Source of the DNA: Strigamia acuminata
Taxonomy: Eukaryota
Direction of reading: 5' to 3'
Assembly: GCA_949358305.1 (NCBI GenBank)
Contig: OX442314.1
Coordinates: 6,758,001 to 6,822,000 of the forward strand
DNA length: 64,000 nucleotides
The notes under the pieces are model-generated. The model saw nothing but the letters and a program-made list of their open reading frames with translations. It had not been told where the DNA came from and ran no database searches. Shown here piece by piece: positions 13,201 to 22,237 of the stretch (positions are counted from its first letter, which is position 1; every line of letters begins with the position of its first letter). The position numbers and the translations under genes are program-made.

Positions 13201-13423
13201 AAGACGATTCCCGACGCCCTTCGTCCCGAAAAAACCGGGATTCACTCCCACAGGGGATAAAAGTAACATCAAATGTTACAGCTGTGGAGAATACGGCCAC
13301 TACTCAGATAAATGTGAGAAAACCGTCAAAGAAAAGGACATCATGCAAACCATGATGAAAATGATGATGGAGTTAAGAACTGATCTGGCAAAAAACTTCC
13401 AAGCGCAGGCGTCGCCGAAATAA
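10283..13423 (+). CDS. gag: Gag polyprotein (1046 aa) with long charged helical N-terminal half, capsid-like region and CCHC zinc knuckle
   Basis: ATG shortly after the PBS; retrotransposon gag-like segment (AREWYQGL..PTWDDFLVRF..LRQAPGETLADY); C-terminal CYSCGEYGHYSDKC = CX2CX4HX4C. Confidence 0.93.
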   Translation: MSDKDEQSTSETEQRMPEKGKRTSDYHLRSDGPVPEMSAKAKARANKRRAKAQKEEQAASLAALDGPERERVPLNMQPFEDTDPEAIENREEIRDVSPGRVSILMTEETNEAPKITVTIGTDPSPPTAQTSVKQTPRKNDGGTPITPRVTASPAVVSFEVSHLIRLTQQAAQLKAMIDIPVGTSVWESITLLTDAICAAQAPTPVARPAAETPMPQVTPSDTGGFAPDPNRTLHESREKAREEARQEATSRQRRLSAERRELWKEEEEREQRERRTTERTEKLVQKMREEREAKIRKEWNATVEGRHREAQEYEDQFQALIAQRKTEKLQMLRKEAILQHQKWEEQHRERLREEEARKEKEQFLKEKEEWDRVRWTEEYKAKKQAIIDEQKRWEAENWEKETEKFQKEYAQDVSDRKKNEENLKRKPEPPSGSDTDTGEGATKPAKTAKRGKSQKRDESVPKTKDRHPSKRSETGAAIDALLEKKNANKNRERPESEENRWHSFYENNDGGEPPPSGGSKQKKAGGETPPRGPRFHPQGDPSEPSDSSDDDHPSRPSTGRSQEDSDGHRSNRPNASDRSSRSSNPRSEEGNFQDSSGRHYTMSELGRALLNSFRREGIDLGHPGDEHNRAGERVKRKYGVRNEPSSEATGNIRWQHYIQTRFDGSWKAGDRFLDEVMRIKKATKATVADMLTHGLVELTTGSAREWYQGLKNPTWDDFLVRFDLRYGETPDEISNKLRGLRQAPGETLADYDARAKLLFARAPYEINPAGFTMIFYGGLSAHSQRILLDMRAPRTGDYQDVSNYLLTNTLEIEQRYYATLPPEEADAHEKRLQTSAERHKTSEKLMRPSEYLSGIMSLTEASFGRMLTPKAGSILPANPIAAPKKAPAATAMQVTSTDSTQMEKVEETTPLATAKEEEPASSDEEALNEHLENLSTGCDDQGPYLHHAHRALAITQFRAHVQATKARGALGGKRRFPTPFVPKKPGFTPTGDKSNIKCYSCGEYGHYSDKCEKTVKEKDIMQTMMKMMMELRTDLAKNFQAQASPK

Positions 13424-16400
13424 ATTCAGCTTCGTCTGCGCCAGCCGCGGAAATTAAAAAGAAGAAATATCACACTGGACCCGCAGGTCATGCCTTGGCA
13501 GAGGCACAGATCAAAGACCGCATACAGATCGTTCCGAAGAAGGAGGAAAAAGTGACGTTAACGAGTATGCAAGTGAGAACGAAACCGGAGGTCGACATGG
13601 ATTGGACGGACCTTCCGTTCAATCTGGAGGTTGAGCCCCAGACATTACGCGTATTTCACTGCAATGTCACGAAAGCACATTGCGAAACTCTGTGTATGCT
13701 GCCAGTGGAGATCGAAAACCAAAAATTGTTCGGTCTGCTGGATTCAGGAGCAGATCGTTCATTCATATCCGAAGATATAGTAAAGGACTTGGATATTGAA
13801 AAAAAGGTGGCACAAGTGAACGCGAACGTAGAATTGCTCACCGCCAACGGCTACGTCAAGCCGAGGGGCGTAGTTCGCATCATGATCGACTGGAAGGGGG
13901 GGAACCTGTCCCACCCCTTCATAGTCTTGCCATCCCACGACAAAGTATTCCTCTTAGGGATGGATATCATGGCAAAACTGAAAATTCAGCCAAACCCGAT
14001 AACCCGTTCATGGAACTGGATAAGTCCCGAGGGAGAACGGCCAGTCCCCGTAGTTCCCCAAAAATTACTGGACGAAGCCAAGGACAAAGAGGAATACGGA
14101 AGAGGATTGCGAAAATTCGTCCAAGATTACGATTTCGCAGCCTTCACTCTGGAATTACAGAGGAGTAACGTCGTGGACACACTGGTCGAGGAGGCAGCAC
14201 TGCGTGTTAACGAGGCATCGCTACTAAGGCGAGTGCTTCGAAAACATGAAAGAATTCTGACCAAGACACCTGGTCGAACGACGGAAGCAACCCACGAAAT
14301 AGTCTTAACCACAGACAAGCCGATTCGAGTGCCTTACAAGGGGATGAACCCCCAGAAAAGAGACATTGTGACGCAGATGTGCCAAGACATGCTCGACAAG
14401 GGCATAGTAACTCAAGCGCTGGGCGAATACGCGATGCGGATCGTCCTGGTAATGCGTCCAGGCTCGGAGCCTCGACTATGCATTGATTATCGCCCCCTGA
14501 ATGCGATAACAGTTATAGACCCGATTCAGATGCCGTCTATAGACTCGATCCTCCGGGAACTGAGCCCGTTCAAGTGGGTAACCACGATGGATCTGTCAAA
14601 GGGGTATTGGCAAGTGGAGCTAAAACCAGAAGACAAACTAAAAACGGCTTTCTACTCCCCGATAGGAAGATTAATGTTCAACGTGATGCCGTTCGGGCTT
14701 GTAAACGCCCCGAGCACGTTCCAGAAATTGATCGAAAGCGTGTTGGGAGATATGCTTCACGACTTCGTGTGGGCGTATCTCGACGACATAATAATAACGT
14801 CGGACACATTCGAAGAGCATATAGACCACATCGACAGAGTGGTCTCTCGCCTAGCCAAGGCGGGACTCCACATCCATCCAGGGAAGAGCAAGTTTTGCAG
14901 AAAAGAGCTTGCCTTCCTAGGATATCGAATAGGAGTCGAGGGAATCGCGATTGACCCCGAAAAGGTCAAAGCAATAAACGGATTCCCCGCCCCCGAAGAT
15001 ATAAAAGGTGTCCAAAGATTCATGGGCATGGTCAATTTCTTCGGCCGACTACTCTCTGGTCTGGCTGAGGTGGCCGCGCCTATAACGGATCTCTTACGAA
15101 CGGATAAAGAGTTTGAGTGGACGGTCCAGTGCGAGGCCGCATTTAGCACTATCAAGCAAATGCTGGCTGACGTCGAAAAGATGCCATTGCCGGACCTAAA
15201 CCGACCGTTCGTGTTGCACACCGACGCGAGTAAAATCGGACTGGGTGCAGCCCTTCTGCAGACCCACGTGTACAACGGAATCTCGCAAGAAGTACCCTGT
15301 ATGTTTATAAGCAGGAAAATACAGGGCGCGGAGAAAAATTACACGGCAACGGAACTAGAATGCCTAGCCGTAATTTGGGCAGTTCGAAAATTTCGCGACT
15401 ATCTGGAGTACACGAACTTCGAGGTTCAGACAGATCACCAGGCACTAAGCTGGTTGATGAAGCTCAAGGAACCTTCCGGCCGACTCGCAAGATGGCAACT
15501 GGAGTTAATGGCGTGCGATATAACAATTACGTACCGCCCCGGGAAGTACAATCATGTGGCCGACGCCCTCTCAAGAGCCCCAGCCTCTGACCCCCAGGGA
15601 CCAGACGACGACGGCGAGGACGACACCCACCTCTTGTACTGCCCAACTCCACGCAGAATATGGCGCTTACGAAAAGCAAACGAACTGCCGGTGATGGAGC
15701 CCGAAGATAGAACGTTTTGTGGTTTTTGGACTCGAACGTACCAGCCAGCTGGGACGAGCGATTCAACGTCCGCAATTCAACCTCCGCCCCCCGGAGAAAC
15801 CCACAAAACACTACTACGCGCCTTCACAGCAAAAATTGAAGAAAAAACGCAATATGCTCCACCCACGAGACGTGAGTTCGTCGAACACCAGGCAGCAGAC
15901 ACAAAATGTCAAATTATAACACAATATTTGCTGAACGGCGAATTTCCGGAAGGGATGACAAACCCACACCGCCGGAAACAGTTCGTCAAAGAAGCAACAA
16001 GCTACCTCATAGATGATGAACTCCTGGTAAAATACCACCCGACATTTCAAGATGACCTCAGTGGAGCGGGAAACTCGGTGAAAGTGGTCGTACCGGCATC
16101 ACTGCACAACCGACTGTTGTGGCTGATGCACGGACACCCGCTCGCCAGCCATTCCGGCATAGCGAGAACCCTTTATCGAGTAAAGCAACTTTTCTTCTGG
16201 CCGGGCGCGCGGCAAAAGATAACGAAATTTATCCGACACTGCCCCCGGTGCCAAGCATGCAGACCGCGAGATAAAGTAGCCAGAAACGCCATGTCTCTCG
16301 GACCCTACGCACCGTTTGACTGCTTAAGCATAGACTTGATGGGCCCCAAGCCCACAACGGGAAACAAGAACATGTATATTCTCGTAATTATGGACGTGGC

Positions 16401-17526
16401 CACCCGATGGCCGGAGCTGTACGCCCTCGCGAAGCCCTCGGCTGAAAACATAGTCGAGTGCCTTTACGACGTGGCAATGCGATTTGGGTTTCCCAGAAAA
16501 CTCATTTCGGATAACGGCCCCCAATTCCGATCAAGAATATATAAGGACTTCTGTAGGAAATTTAAAATGGATGCATCGAACACCTCCACATATAATCCTC
16601 AGACAAACCCAGTCGAGAGATTAAATAAAGATATAAAATATGCGCTGACAGTATTCACCGACATTCACAATCGATGGGACGAATACCTGCGAGAAATCGC
16701 TTTCAGCATTCGCTCAACCGTGTCAAGAACACGCGAATTCTCACCGGCGTACCTCAACTTCGCCCGCGAATTAAGGATGCCATGGGACCCACGCGTTGCC
16801 GAAGCTGTTAACGTATTAGACCCATCGAGCCCACACGAGTACGTGTGCCGGTTGGAACAGACTATATCCGACACATACCAGCATATGATGGCGCATATTT
16901 TCAACATGAGAGAAAGAATCGCAGATAAAGAAGGCGATCTCGCTTTCGCGAACTTTAAAGTGAATGATCTAGTGTGGAAGGAAGCACACACGTTGTCCAA
17001 TGCAGCGAGGGGCATCGCCGCAGGTTTAGCCGACAAGAGGGACGGTCCCTATGTAATTGTGGCCGAACACGGCGGCAACGCATACCAACTACGCCGCTTA
17101 GAGGACAACAAAAATTTTCAGTCGATACATGGCCGAGATTTAAGGCCATATCTGCCAGAGTTTCCCCAAGAAATCTGGCTGGAAGGTCAGACACACAGCG
17201 GCCAAGGGGGCACCGTGGTCGACACGTTCCAAAAAACAAATGAAGCTGAAAATATAGCGGAGGACGAGGATGAATTCTTCGACGCCGAATCTCCGGCCGA
17301 CGAGGCTCCAGCACAGCCGGAGCAAGCAATTTCGGAGAGGGAGGAAGCAGAAGAATGTACTTCTGAAATGGAAAATAAAAAAATTAATAATGAGAAAAAT
17401 GCCAACACATCGGAGATGAACGAGCAAGTAGAGTCACGATCTACGAGCACGTCGAAAATCAACCTTCGACCACGACGAAGCAATAATCCGTTCATTCGGG
17501 ACGGCAAAGTCGTGGGGAAGAACTAA
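13384..17526 (+). CDS. pol: Pol polyprotein (protease, reverse transcriptase, RNase H, integrase with GPY/F), expressed by -1 frameshift from gag
   Basis: Frame opens after TGA at 13381-13383 and overlaps gag in the -1 frame; LLDSGA (protease), YLDD (RT), LHTDAS (RNase H), H..H..CPRC plus SIDLMG/SDNGPQF/VERLN (integrase), RDGPY. Confidence 0.96.
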   Translation, partial: SGKKLPSAGVAEINSASSAPAAEIKKKKYHTGPAGHALAEAQIKDRIQIVPKKEEKVTLTSMQVRTKPEVDMDWTDLPFNLEVEPQTLRVFHCNVTKAHCETLCMLPVEIENQKLFGLLDSGADRSFISEDIVKDLDIEKKVAQVNANVELLTANGYVKPRGVVRIMIDWKGGNLSHPFIVLPSHDKVFLLGMDIMAKLKIQPNPITRSWNWISPEGERPVPVVPQKLLDEAKDKEEYGRGLRKFVQDYDFAAFTLELQRSNVVDTLVEEAALRVNEASLLRRVLRKHERILTKTPGRTTEATHEIVLTTDKPIRVPYKGMNPQKRDIVTQMCQDMLDKGIVTQALGEYAMRIVLVMRPGSEPRLCIDYRPLNAITVIDPIQMPSIDSILRELSPFKWVTTMDLSKGYWQVELKPEDKLKTAFYSPIGRLMFNVMPFGLVNAPSTFQKLIESVLGDMLHDFVWAYLDDIIITSDTFEEHIDHIDRVVSRLAKAGLHIHPGKSKFCRKELAFLGYRIGVEGIAIDPEKVKAINGFPAPEDIKGVQRFMGMVNFFGRLLSGLAEVAAPITDLLRTDKEFEWTVQCEAAFSTIKQMLADVEKMPLPDLNRPFVLHTDASKIGLGAALLQTHVYNGISQEVPCMFISRKIQGAEKNYTATELECLAVIWAVRKFRDYLEYTNFEVQTDHQALSWLMKLKEPSGRLARWQLELMACDITITYRPGKYNHVADALSRAPASDPQGPDDDGEDDTHLLYCPTPRRIWRLRKANELPVMEPEDRTFCGFWTRTYQPAGTSDSTSAIQPPPPGETHKTLLRAFTAKIEEKTQYAPPTRREFVEHQAADTKCQIITQYLLNGEFPEGMTNPHRRKQFVKEATSYLIDDELLVKYHPTFQDDLSGAGNSVKVVVPASLHNRLLWLMHGHPLASHSGIARTLYRVKQLFFWPGARQKITKFIRHCPRCQACRPRDKVARNAMSLGPYAPFDCLSIDLMGPKPTTGNKNMYILVIMDVATRWPELYALAKPSAENIVECLYDVAMRFGFPRKLISDNGPQFRSRIYKDFCRKFKMDASNTSTYNPQTNPVERLNKDIKYALTVFTDIHNRWDEYLREIAFSIRSTVSRTREFSPAYLNFARELRMPWDPRVAEAVNVLDPSSPHEYVCRLEQTISDTYQHMMAHIFNMRERIADKEGDLAFANFKVNDLVWKEAHTLSNAARGIAAGLADKRDGPYVIVAEHGGNAYQLRRLEDNKNFQSIHGRDLRPYLPEFPQEIWLEGQTHSGQGGTVVDTFQKTNEAENIAEDEDEFFDAESPADEAPAQPEQAISEREEAEECTSEMENKKINNEKNANTSEMNEQVESRSTSTSKINLRPRRSNNPFIRDGKVVGKN
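13390..13441 (+). promoter_or_regulatory. -1 programmed ribosomal frameshift signal (A AAA AAC plus downstream stem)
   Basis: Slippery heptamer at 13390-13396 in the correct gag phase (GCA AAA AAC), 6-nt spacer, stem GCGCAGGCG (13403-13411) / CGTCTGCGC (13433-13441), inside the gag/pol overlap. Confidence 0.85.
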
Positions 17527-17906
17527 AAATAAAAGAAAATGTGATAACATGGAGCGGAGGCCTTGTAAAATAAAAAGATTTACTTACGAGAGCTGCTGCA
17601 CATGTTGAAACGCGAAAATTTGGCTAAGTCCAAACTTCGCAACGAATTGTCGCAGTCACCACTAACAGACGAGAAGTTATGACGTATCGGGCGACCACGT
17701 GACAATGAAACCACGCGGTCGACCCCGTAGCGTCATTGCCAGCACGGCGGATCTCGCAAAATACGAGACGCGTTCGAGACCCACAATTCTCAGCGTCGAT
17801 AGGCCCAGTTTCCGACTGTTTTTAACACGACGAGACGTGTTTTTGCTTCTCCCCCAAAGAGAAAGACAAAGACCTCTCAAACAAAACTTCATTTTCCTAA
17901 ATTGAA

Positions 17907-18023
17907 ATGGCCGATCGACGCAACCCACGATTAGAGCCGAGCGCATCGTCGAGAGACGAGAGCGACGGCCTAATCGTAAATGCAGAAGACGATGAGAATT
18001 GGGACGAACAACCGCCGTTGCAG
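17907..18023 (+). CDS. Putative first coding exon of ORF3 (MADRRNPRLEPSASSRDESDGLIVNAEDDENWDEQPPLQ)
   Basis: ATG in strong context (GAAATGG); 39 codons ending CAG|GTAAAT, a phase-0 donor that joins in frame to the 18584 acceptor, giving ~967 aa. Confidence 0.55.
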
Positions 18024-18583
18024 GTAAATTAGTGTGATTTCCCCAGAGAAATCACATAATTCTTTGAATCTGTTGCATCCAACCCAGATTGGAGCGTGAC
18101 TTGTGACTGATATATTTCTTTCTGTTTTATTATTGATTTAAGGCTGGCTAAAAACCCGAGAGTGGACCCAGATTCACCTCGGAGTCAAGGCCGCCAAAAA
18201 ACTAGAACAAAGGAAGTGTTCGCGGAATGGCGTCGTGGCAAACCAAAACCAAAACTAAAGGTTTTCTTTCTTTTAAAATTAAACATCGTAATAAATTAAA
18301 ATACGATTAGAGTTAAAATAAAAAGTTTAACGTAATATTAAGAATTTAACGATCGGTTTTGCCTGCGACCCCTTCCTAAAAAGCGGATCACCTGAGTTCA
18401 AAGGTAGTGTTGGATCAGCGCTACGACGGCGGAGATCATCGCAGAACTGCGAAACAAGAAAATAAGACCGACGGCCGCAACAAAAGAAAGGAGTTGCTGC
18501 CACCGTCGATCTTGAGCATATTTCTGATCCCCATCGTTAAACTGGGATTTATTATATTAATCTTGTGATCTAAAATTATTCAG

Positions 18584-21370
18584 GTCGACCCGCTAGAATC
18601 GTGGGACGCCCTGCCTTCGACGGTGTCAACCGCCAACAACATCTTTCGCGGAGCCCTGCCGATTTACCTGCGGCAGGCCTATCCTGCAGAGACCAGCGCC
18701 TGGAAAATCCGATTGATGTACTCCAGGACCCTCGAGGAAAAATTCGAGCGATCGAAAACGCTGGTCGAGTGCATGACGAAGGAGATGAGGGAGCGAGTGG
18801 GGCCGCGGATCCCACCCGATGCGGATCCGCCGAGCCCCGTTTACTCCGGGTACCTGGAAGAGGCTTACCCAGGCACGGTGGCCGAGCTGCACACCTCCCA
18901 CAGGTGGAGCGAGGCCCCGACCTTGGCAGCCCGCCAGAAAATAGTGGACGACGAGATCGAACGCTTAAAGCGCACCGAGACTCACGGAGTAACCCGAGTT
19001 CTCGAGAGAAACGGTTTCTCCCCCGAAGAAATCCGTAGATGGCTTCGCGACATCGAAGAAGACCATTTGACACCCAGATGGATACCACCGGCGAATTTTA
19101 CGGCCACGCAGTCTGAGATGTGGCAGTTATACCACGCTGGTATCCTGGGAAGTCGCCGCCATCACAGAAGATCGAAGCGTCCGGCGGAGTCCGCCCCACG
19201 CGGACCCGCACGAAGAAGACAGGCCGTCTCCCCAACAGAGGCCGGCCCGTCAACGAGTCGCGACTACCGCAGCCGCTCGAGCAGCTCCAGTTCCCGAACT
19301 CGAGTTGTCGTGCGCTCGGAGTGTCGCCGAGTAGTAACGCTCGAGCCTGCCTCGCCAGACGACGCGCGGGCTGAGCGAACGGTCGAATCTTCCGCCCACT
19401 GGGCTGCGAGGACCGAGACACACCAAGATCGAGGAAAGAAAAGATCCTCGTTGTTTATGGCGATTACCACACAGTCGTCAGATCAATCCTCGTCGCGACG
19501 AACCGTCTCAACACACCAGAGACCGGATTCCCCGACGGACGTCCCCCAGAGGACGGTCCAACAAAGATCCGTCGCAGCCAACACCAGGAGGAATCGGAAG
19601 CGTAAAGTACGACAGAAGACGCGTGCGCGGTCTCTGATCGCGAAAGGATTGGAGAAAGAGCGAGAGATGGCCGCCGCAAAAAGGTCCGAACCCCGAAGTC
19701 TCGGATCCGCGGCTGGGCCGTCCAGGCTCCAGGCAGAGATTGATTTGGGAGAATTGACGGAAGAACAAATATCCCAAGAAGAGTCGGACAAGGATGGACC
19801 GGTCACGAAACAAGATCTGGCCATGGCATTGAAGAACGCCTTCCGAGGATACGCGGCCAACCGGCCGTCGGGCTCAACACCGGCTGTGCCCACCGCGCTT
19901 GTGCCCCCACAGGTGCAATCGCGATGGCCGCCACTCCTCGAGGGTACAAACCCAGCAGTGACCACGTGGACCCCTCCCCGGATGATTCCGGTGGGAGATC
20001 CAACTCCCAAACGGGTCAGATACGACGACCTACCAGGGATGGGCCGTCCACCGTCACCCCCGACGCCACGAGTGTACCATCCTCATCGCAACGCCGAGTG
20101 GTACGCGCAGCGGGGGATGGACGCCAGATGCCGGCGTGAAGCGGCCTATCCCTCACTCAGCGAGTTACAAGAATATCTGGCCGAATACGAGAACCCCGCG
20201 ATTGCCGAGTTGGCCATACGACAGGCCGACGCCGCCCAAACTCACCACATCAACTGGGCGATCGAACAGATGCGGACGTTGTCACAGCAATTCAGTGACA
20301 ATCCGGACCGCGCTCACCCCTGCCATCGGAGCAGTTTGAATTTGGCTGTGACGAACGTACTGGCCCAGCTGCTATCCCTGGGCGTCTTCTTGGACAGTCG
20401 GCAAGCTATGGCGGCCTGGACAATCGTCGACCGTGAGGGAGTTCACCTTCCTCGGGCGTTGTACCAGGTATGGGCCGGATGGACTCCTGAGCCCGCCTCG
20501 CTGCGCTTCGACCTGGCCAGAAATACGGAAAACCCAGGCCTACAGTTTTCAAAGATGCGTTCGTTAGCATTCCGCTACCGGAACCCCGGAGTCCACCCTT
20601 CCTTGTTGCGAACAATTCGGGAGGTTCCGGAGATACCGGGAACGGCGGCGAGCCTTCCACAGGCCATCGAGACCGCCCCCCCAGAGGCGGCGGTCCAACC
20701 ATACATACCGACCCCAAAGCCGGTATTCCCGAAGGAGAAGCGACACGCGAATCGACCCATATTGATTCCGAAGCGTTCCAAGCGAGGACCCCGAACTCCT
20801 CCGCTGCCCTCTCCTTCACCACCAGCGGCAGGGCTGGCCGCTCTCTCTGCAGAGCCGGCTACGCCACCGTTGGAGAGCCCAATGGAGATTCCGCTCCCAC
20901 CATCGCCTCCGCCGCCCCCAGCAGCGCAGCTTTATTTGAGGCTGGGAGTGGAATACCCCTTCCTTCAGATGTCGGAGTTCACGCGACAACGCATCATTGA
21001 CTCCGACGATCACGGCGAATCAATCCTCAAATGGCTAAACAGAGAAGCCCGATCCACCATGGACGCCGTCTTCCATCGCCGTATCCTACGGGCCCACAGG
21101 AAACCCGGATCGAGCGCCGAGTCGCGAAGGATCCGACTCGTCCCCGATCGATTCCCCGCGTCTACCCGGATTTGGATCCATGAGCGTACGGGGTTGGTTG
21201 GCGAGCCAGCCGGCAGTCACCCGCAGTACTTCATCAACGAGCGACAAAATCCTGCGGATCTGACAACCTCTCTGCCCCCGGATTTACCACCGCCGCCACC
21301 GGCAGTGCCACCCGTGATCCTCCGCCCATGCAGAGGAGTGCTGCCGGCTCTTCGCAGAGGAGAGCGATGA
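18584..21370 (+). CDS. ORF3 main exon: large Arg/Ser/Pro-rich accessory protein of unknown function, not Env-like
   Basis: Stop-free frame from 18569 to TGA at 21370; the ORF track starts it at a GTG (18623); TTATTCAG acceptor at 18583 is in phase 0; no signal peptide or TM helix visible; basic clusters (RRHHRRSKR, RRNRKRKVRQK). Confidence 0.85.
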   Translation, partial: VDPLESWDALPSTVSTANNIFRGALPIYLRQAYPAETSAWKIRLMYSRTLEEKFERSKTLVECMTKEMRERVGPRIPPDADPPSPVYSGYLEEAYPGTVAELHTSHRWSEAPTLAARQKIVDDEIERLKRTETHGVTRVLERNGFSPEEIRRWLRDIEEDHLTPRWIPPANFTATQSEMWQLYHAGILGSRRHHRRSKRPAESAPRGPARRRQAVSPTEAGPSTSRDYRSRSSSSSSRTRVVVRSECRRVVTLEPASPDDARAERTVESSAHWAARTETHQDRGKKRSSLFMAITTQSSDQSSSRRTVSTHQRPDSPTDVPQRTVQQRSVAANTRRNRKRKVRQKTRARSLIAKGLEKEREMAAAKRSEPRSLGSAAGPSRLQAEIDLGELTEEQISQEESDKDGPVTKQDLAMALKNAFRGYAANRPSGSTPAVPTALVPPQVQSRWPPLLEGTNPAVTTWTPPRMIPVGDPTPKRVRYDDLPGMGRPPSPPTPRVYHPHRNAEWYAQRGMDARCRREAAYPSLSELQEYLAEYENPAIAELAIRQADAAQTHHINWAIEQMRTLSQQFSDNPDRAHPCHRSSLNLAVTNVLAQLLSLGVFLDSRQAMAAWTIVDREGVHLPRALYQVWAGWTPEPASLRFDLARNTENPGLQFSKMRSLAFRYRNPGVHPSLLRTIREVPEIPGTAASLPQAIETAPPEAAVQPYIPTPKPVFPKEKRHANRPILIPKRSKRGPRTPPLPSPSPPAAGLAALSAEPATPPLESPMEIPLPPSPPPPPAAQLYLRLGVEYPFLQMSEFTRQRIIDSDDHGESILKWLNREARSTMDAVFHRRILRAHRKPGSSAESRRIRLVPDRFPASTRIWIHERTGLVGEPAGSHPQYFINERQNPADLTTSLPPDLPPPPPAVPPVILRPCRGVLPALRRGER

Positions 21371-21400
21371 GAAAATTGAGATCGCTCCGATCCGAGATCG

Positions 21401-21417
21401 AAGCTGGAGGAGGGACG
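21401..21417 (+). promoter_or_regulatory. Polypurine tract (plus-strand primer) of the Gypsy element
   Basis: AAGCTGGAGGAGGGACG immediately upstream of the 3' LTR TG. Confidence 0.75.
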
Positions 21418-22237
21418 TGTGGTGACCCAGTTGGATAGGTGTCCCCCCAGGGCGGATACTTGTCCTATGAGTCACTATGATTAAAGAGTCGTTCCCCCCC
21501 GAGTTGGCTCCACCTCCCCATGGCAGGTGTGTGCCCCGAGGGGGAGGAAGCGGCTGGTGGTCAGCCCCCATTGGTTGATCGCCGGCCCTTCACCCCACTG
21601 CATAAAAGGCTGTGTTTCCCGCCTAAAGACAGAACTTACACAAACGACACCAAGAACACAGCAACTACCTCACCGTCAGGCCAACTTCAACTACAAGTTA
21701 GGATTGATCGAGGATCGCTGAGTAAAGTGCAAACTGTAACTCTCACGAAGTCACTTGCGAGCTATTCCTGCGAAAGCACGAGAATAGCCCTTGTGAAATC
21801 ACCCAGAATAATCGCCCAGACGATTATTCGCCGAAGTAAGTGTCCGAGTGCTTTGTAGGGAACCCCAAAGTTCCTAGACGAGGCCTCTGCGACGCTAAAC
21901 AAACCCTAGACAACAGGCACGGATAGAAGACTCGAAAGAGCATTCCACCGCGTCCGTGAAGACGAATCCGTGACGAATTAACGACAACTCGAGACGCCGC
22001 CTTTGTTCCGCCGACCACGCGGAATCGACGACGCCATCTTGAGAAATCCTTTGTTCGACGCTGACCACGTCGACTCTAGAATTATTACTGAGTGTATTTT
22101 AAAGGCATAAAGCCTGGTGAATAAATTACCTGTTTATTTACATACATTTGGTATTCATTTGGGTATTTACATAATTGATCACAGGTAAAGTATTACACGT
22201 TAGCGCTATTTAAACCTATACCAAGTAGGACGCGACA
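21418..22237 (+). repeat. 3' LTR of the Gypsy element
   Basis: Direct repeat of 9369-10188 at offset 12049; preceded by a purine tract and followed by the AATG TSD. Confidence 0.96.

Larger units (their letters stand above)
9369..22237 (+). mobile_element. Full-length Ty3/Gypsy LTR retrotransposon (12,869 bp) with gag, pol and an extra non-env ORF3
   Basis: Two 820-bp TG...CA direct repeats (9369-10188, 21418-22237); AATG duplicated at 9365-9368 and 22238-22241; PBS after the 5' LTR and PPT before the 3' LTR; pol domain order PR-RT-RH-IN; all ORFs uninterrupted. Confidence 0.97.

Noticed and set aside
10357..17507. Many antisense and alternate-frame ORFs within gag/pol
   Set aside because: Expected shadows of long GC-rich coding sequence; no motifs.
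18623..21370. ORF3 as an env gene (errantivirus)
   Set aside because: No signal peptide, no TM anchor, no hydrophobic fusion peptide or Cys-rich ectodomain; composition is basic and Pro-rich.
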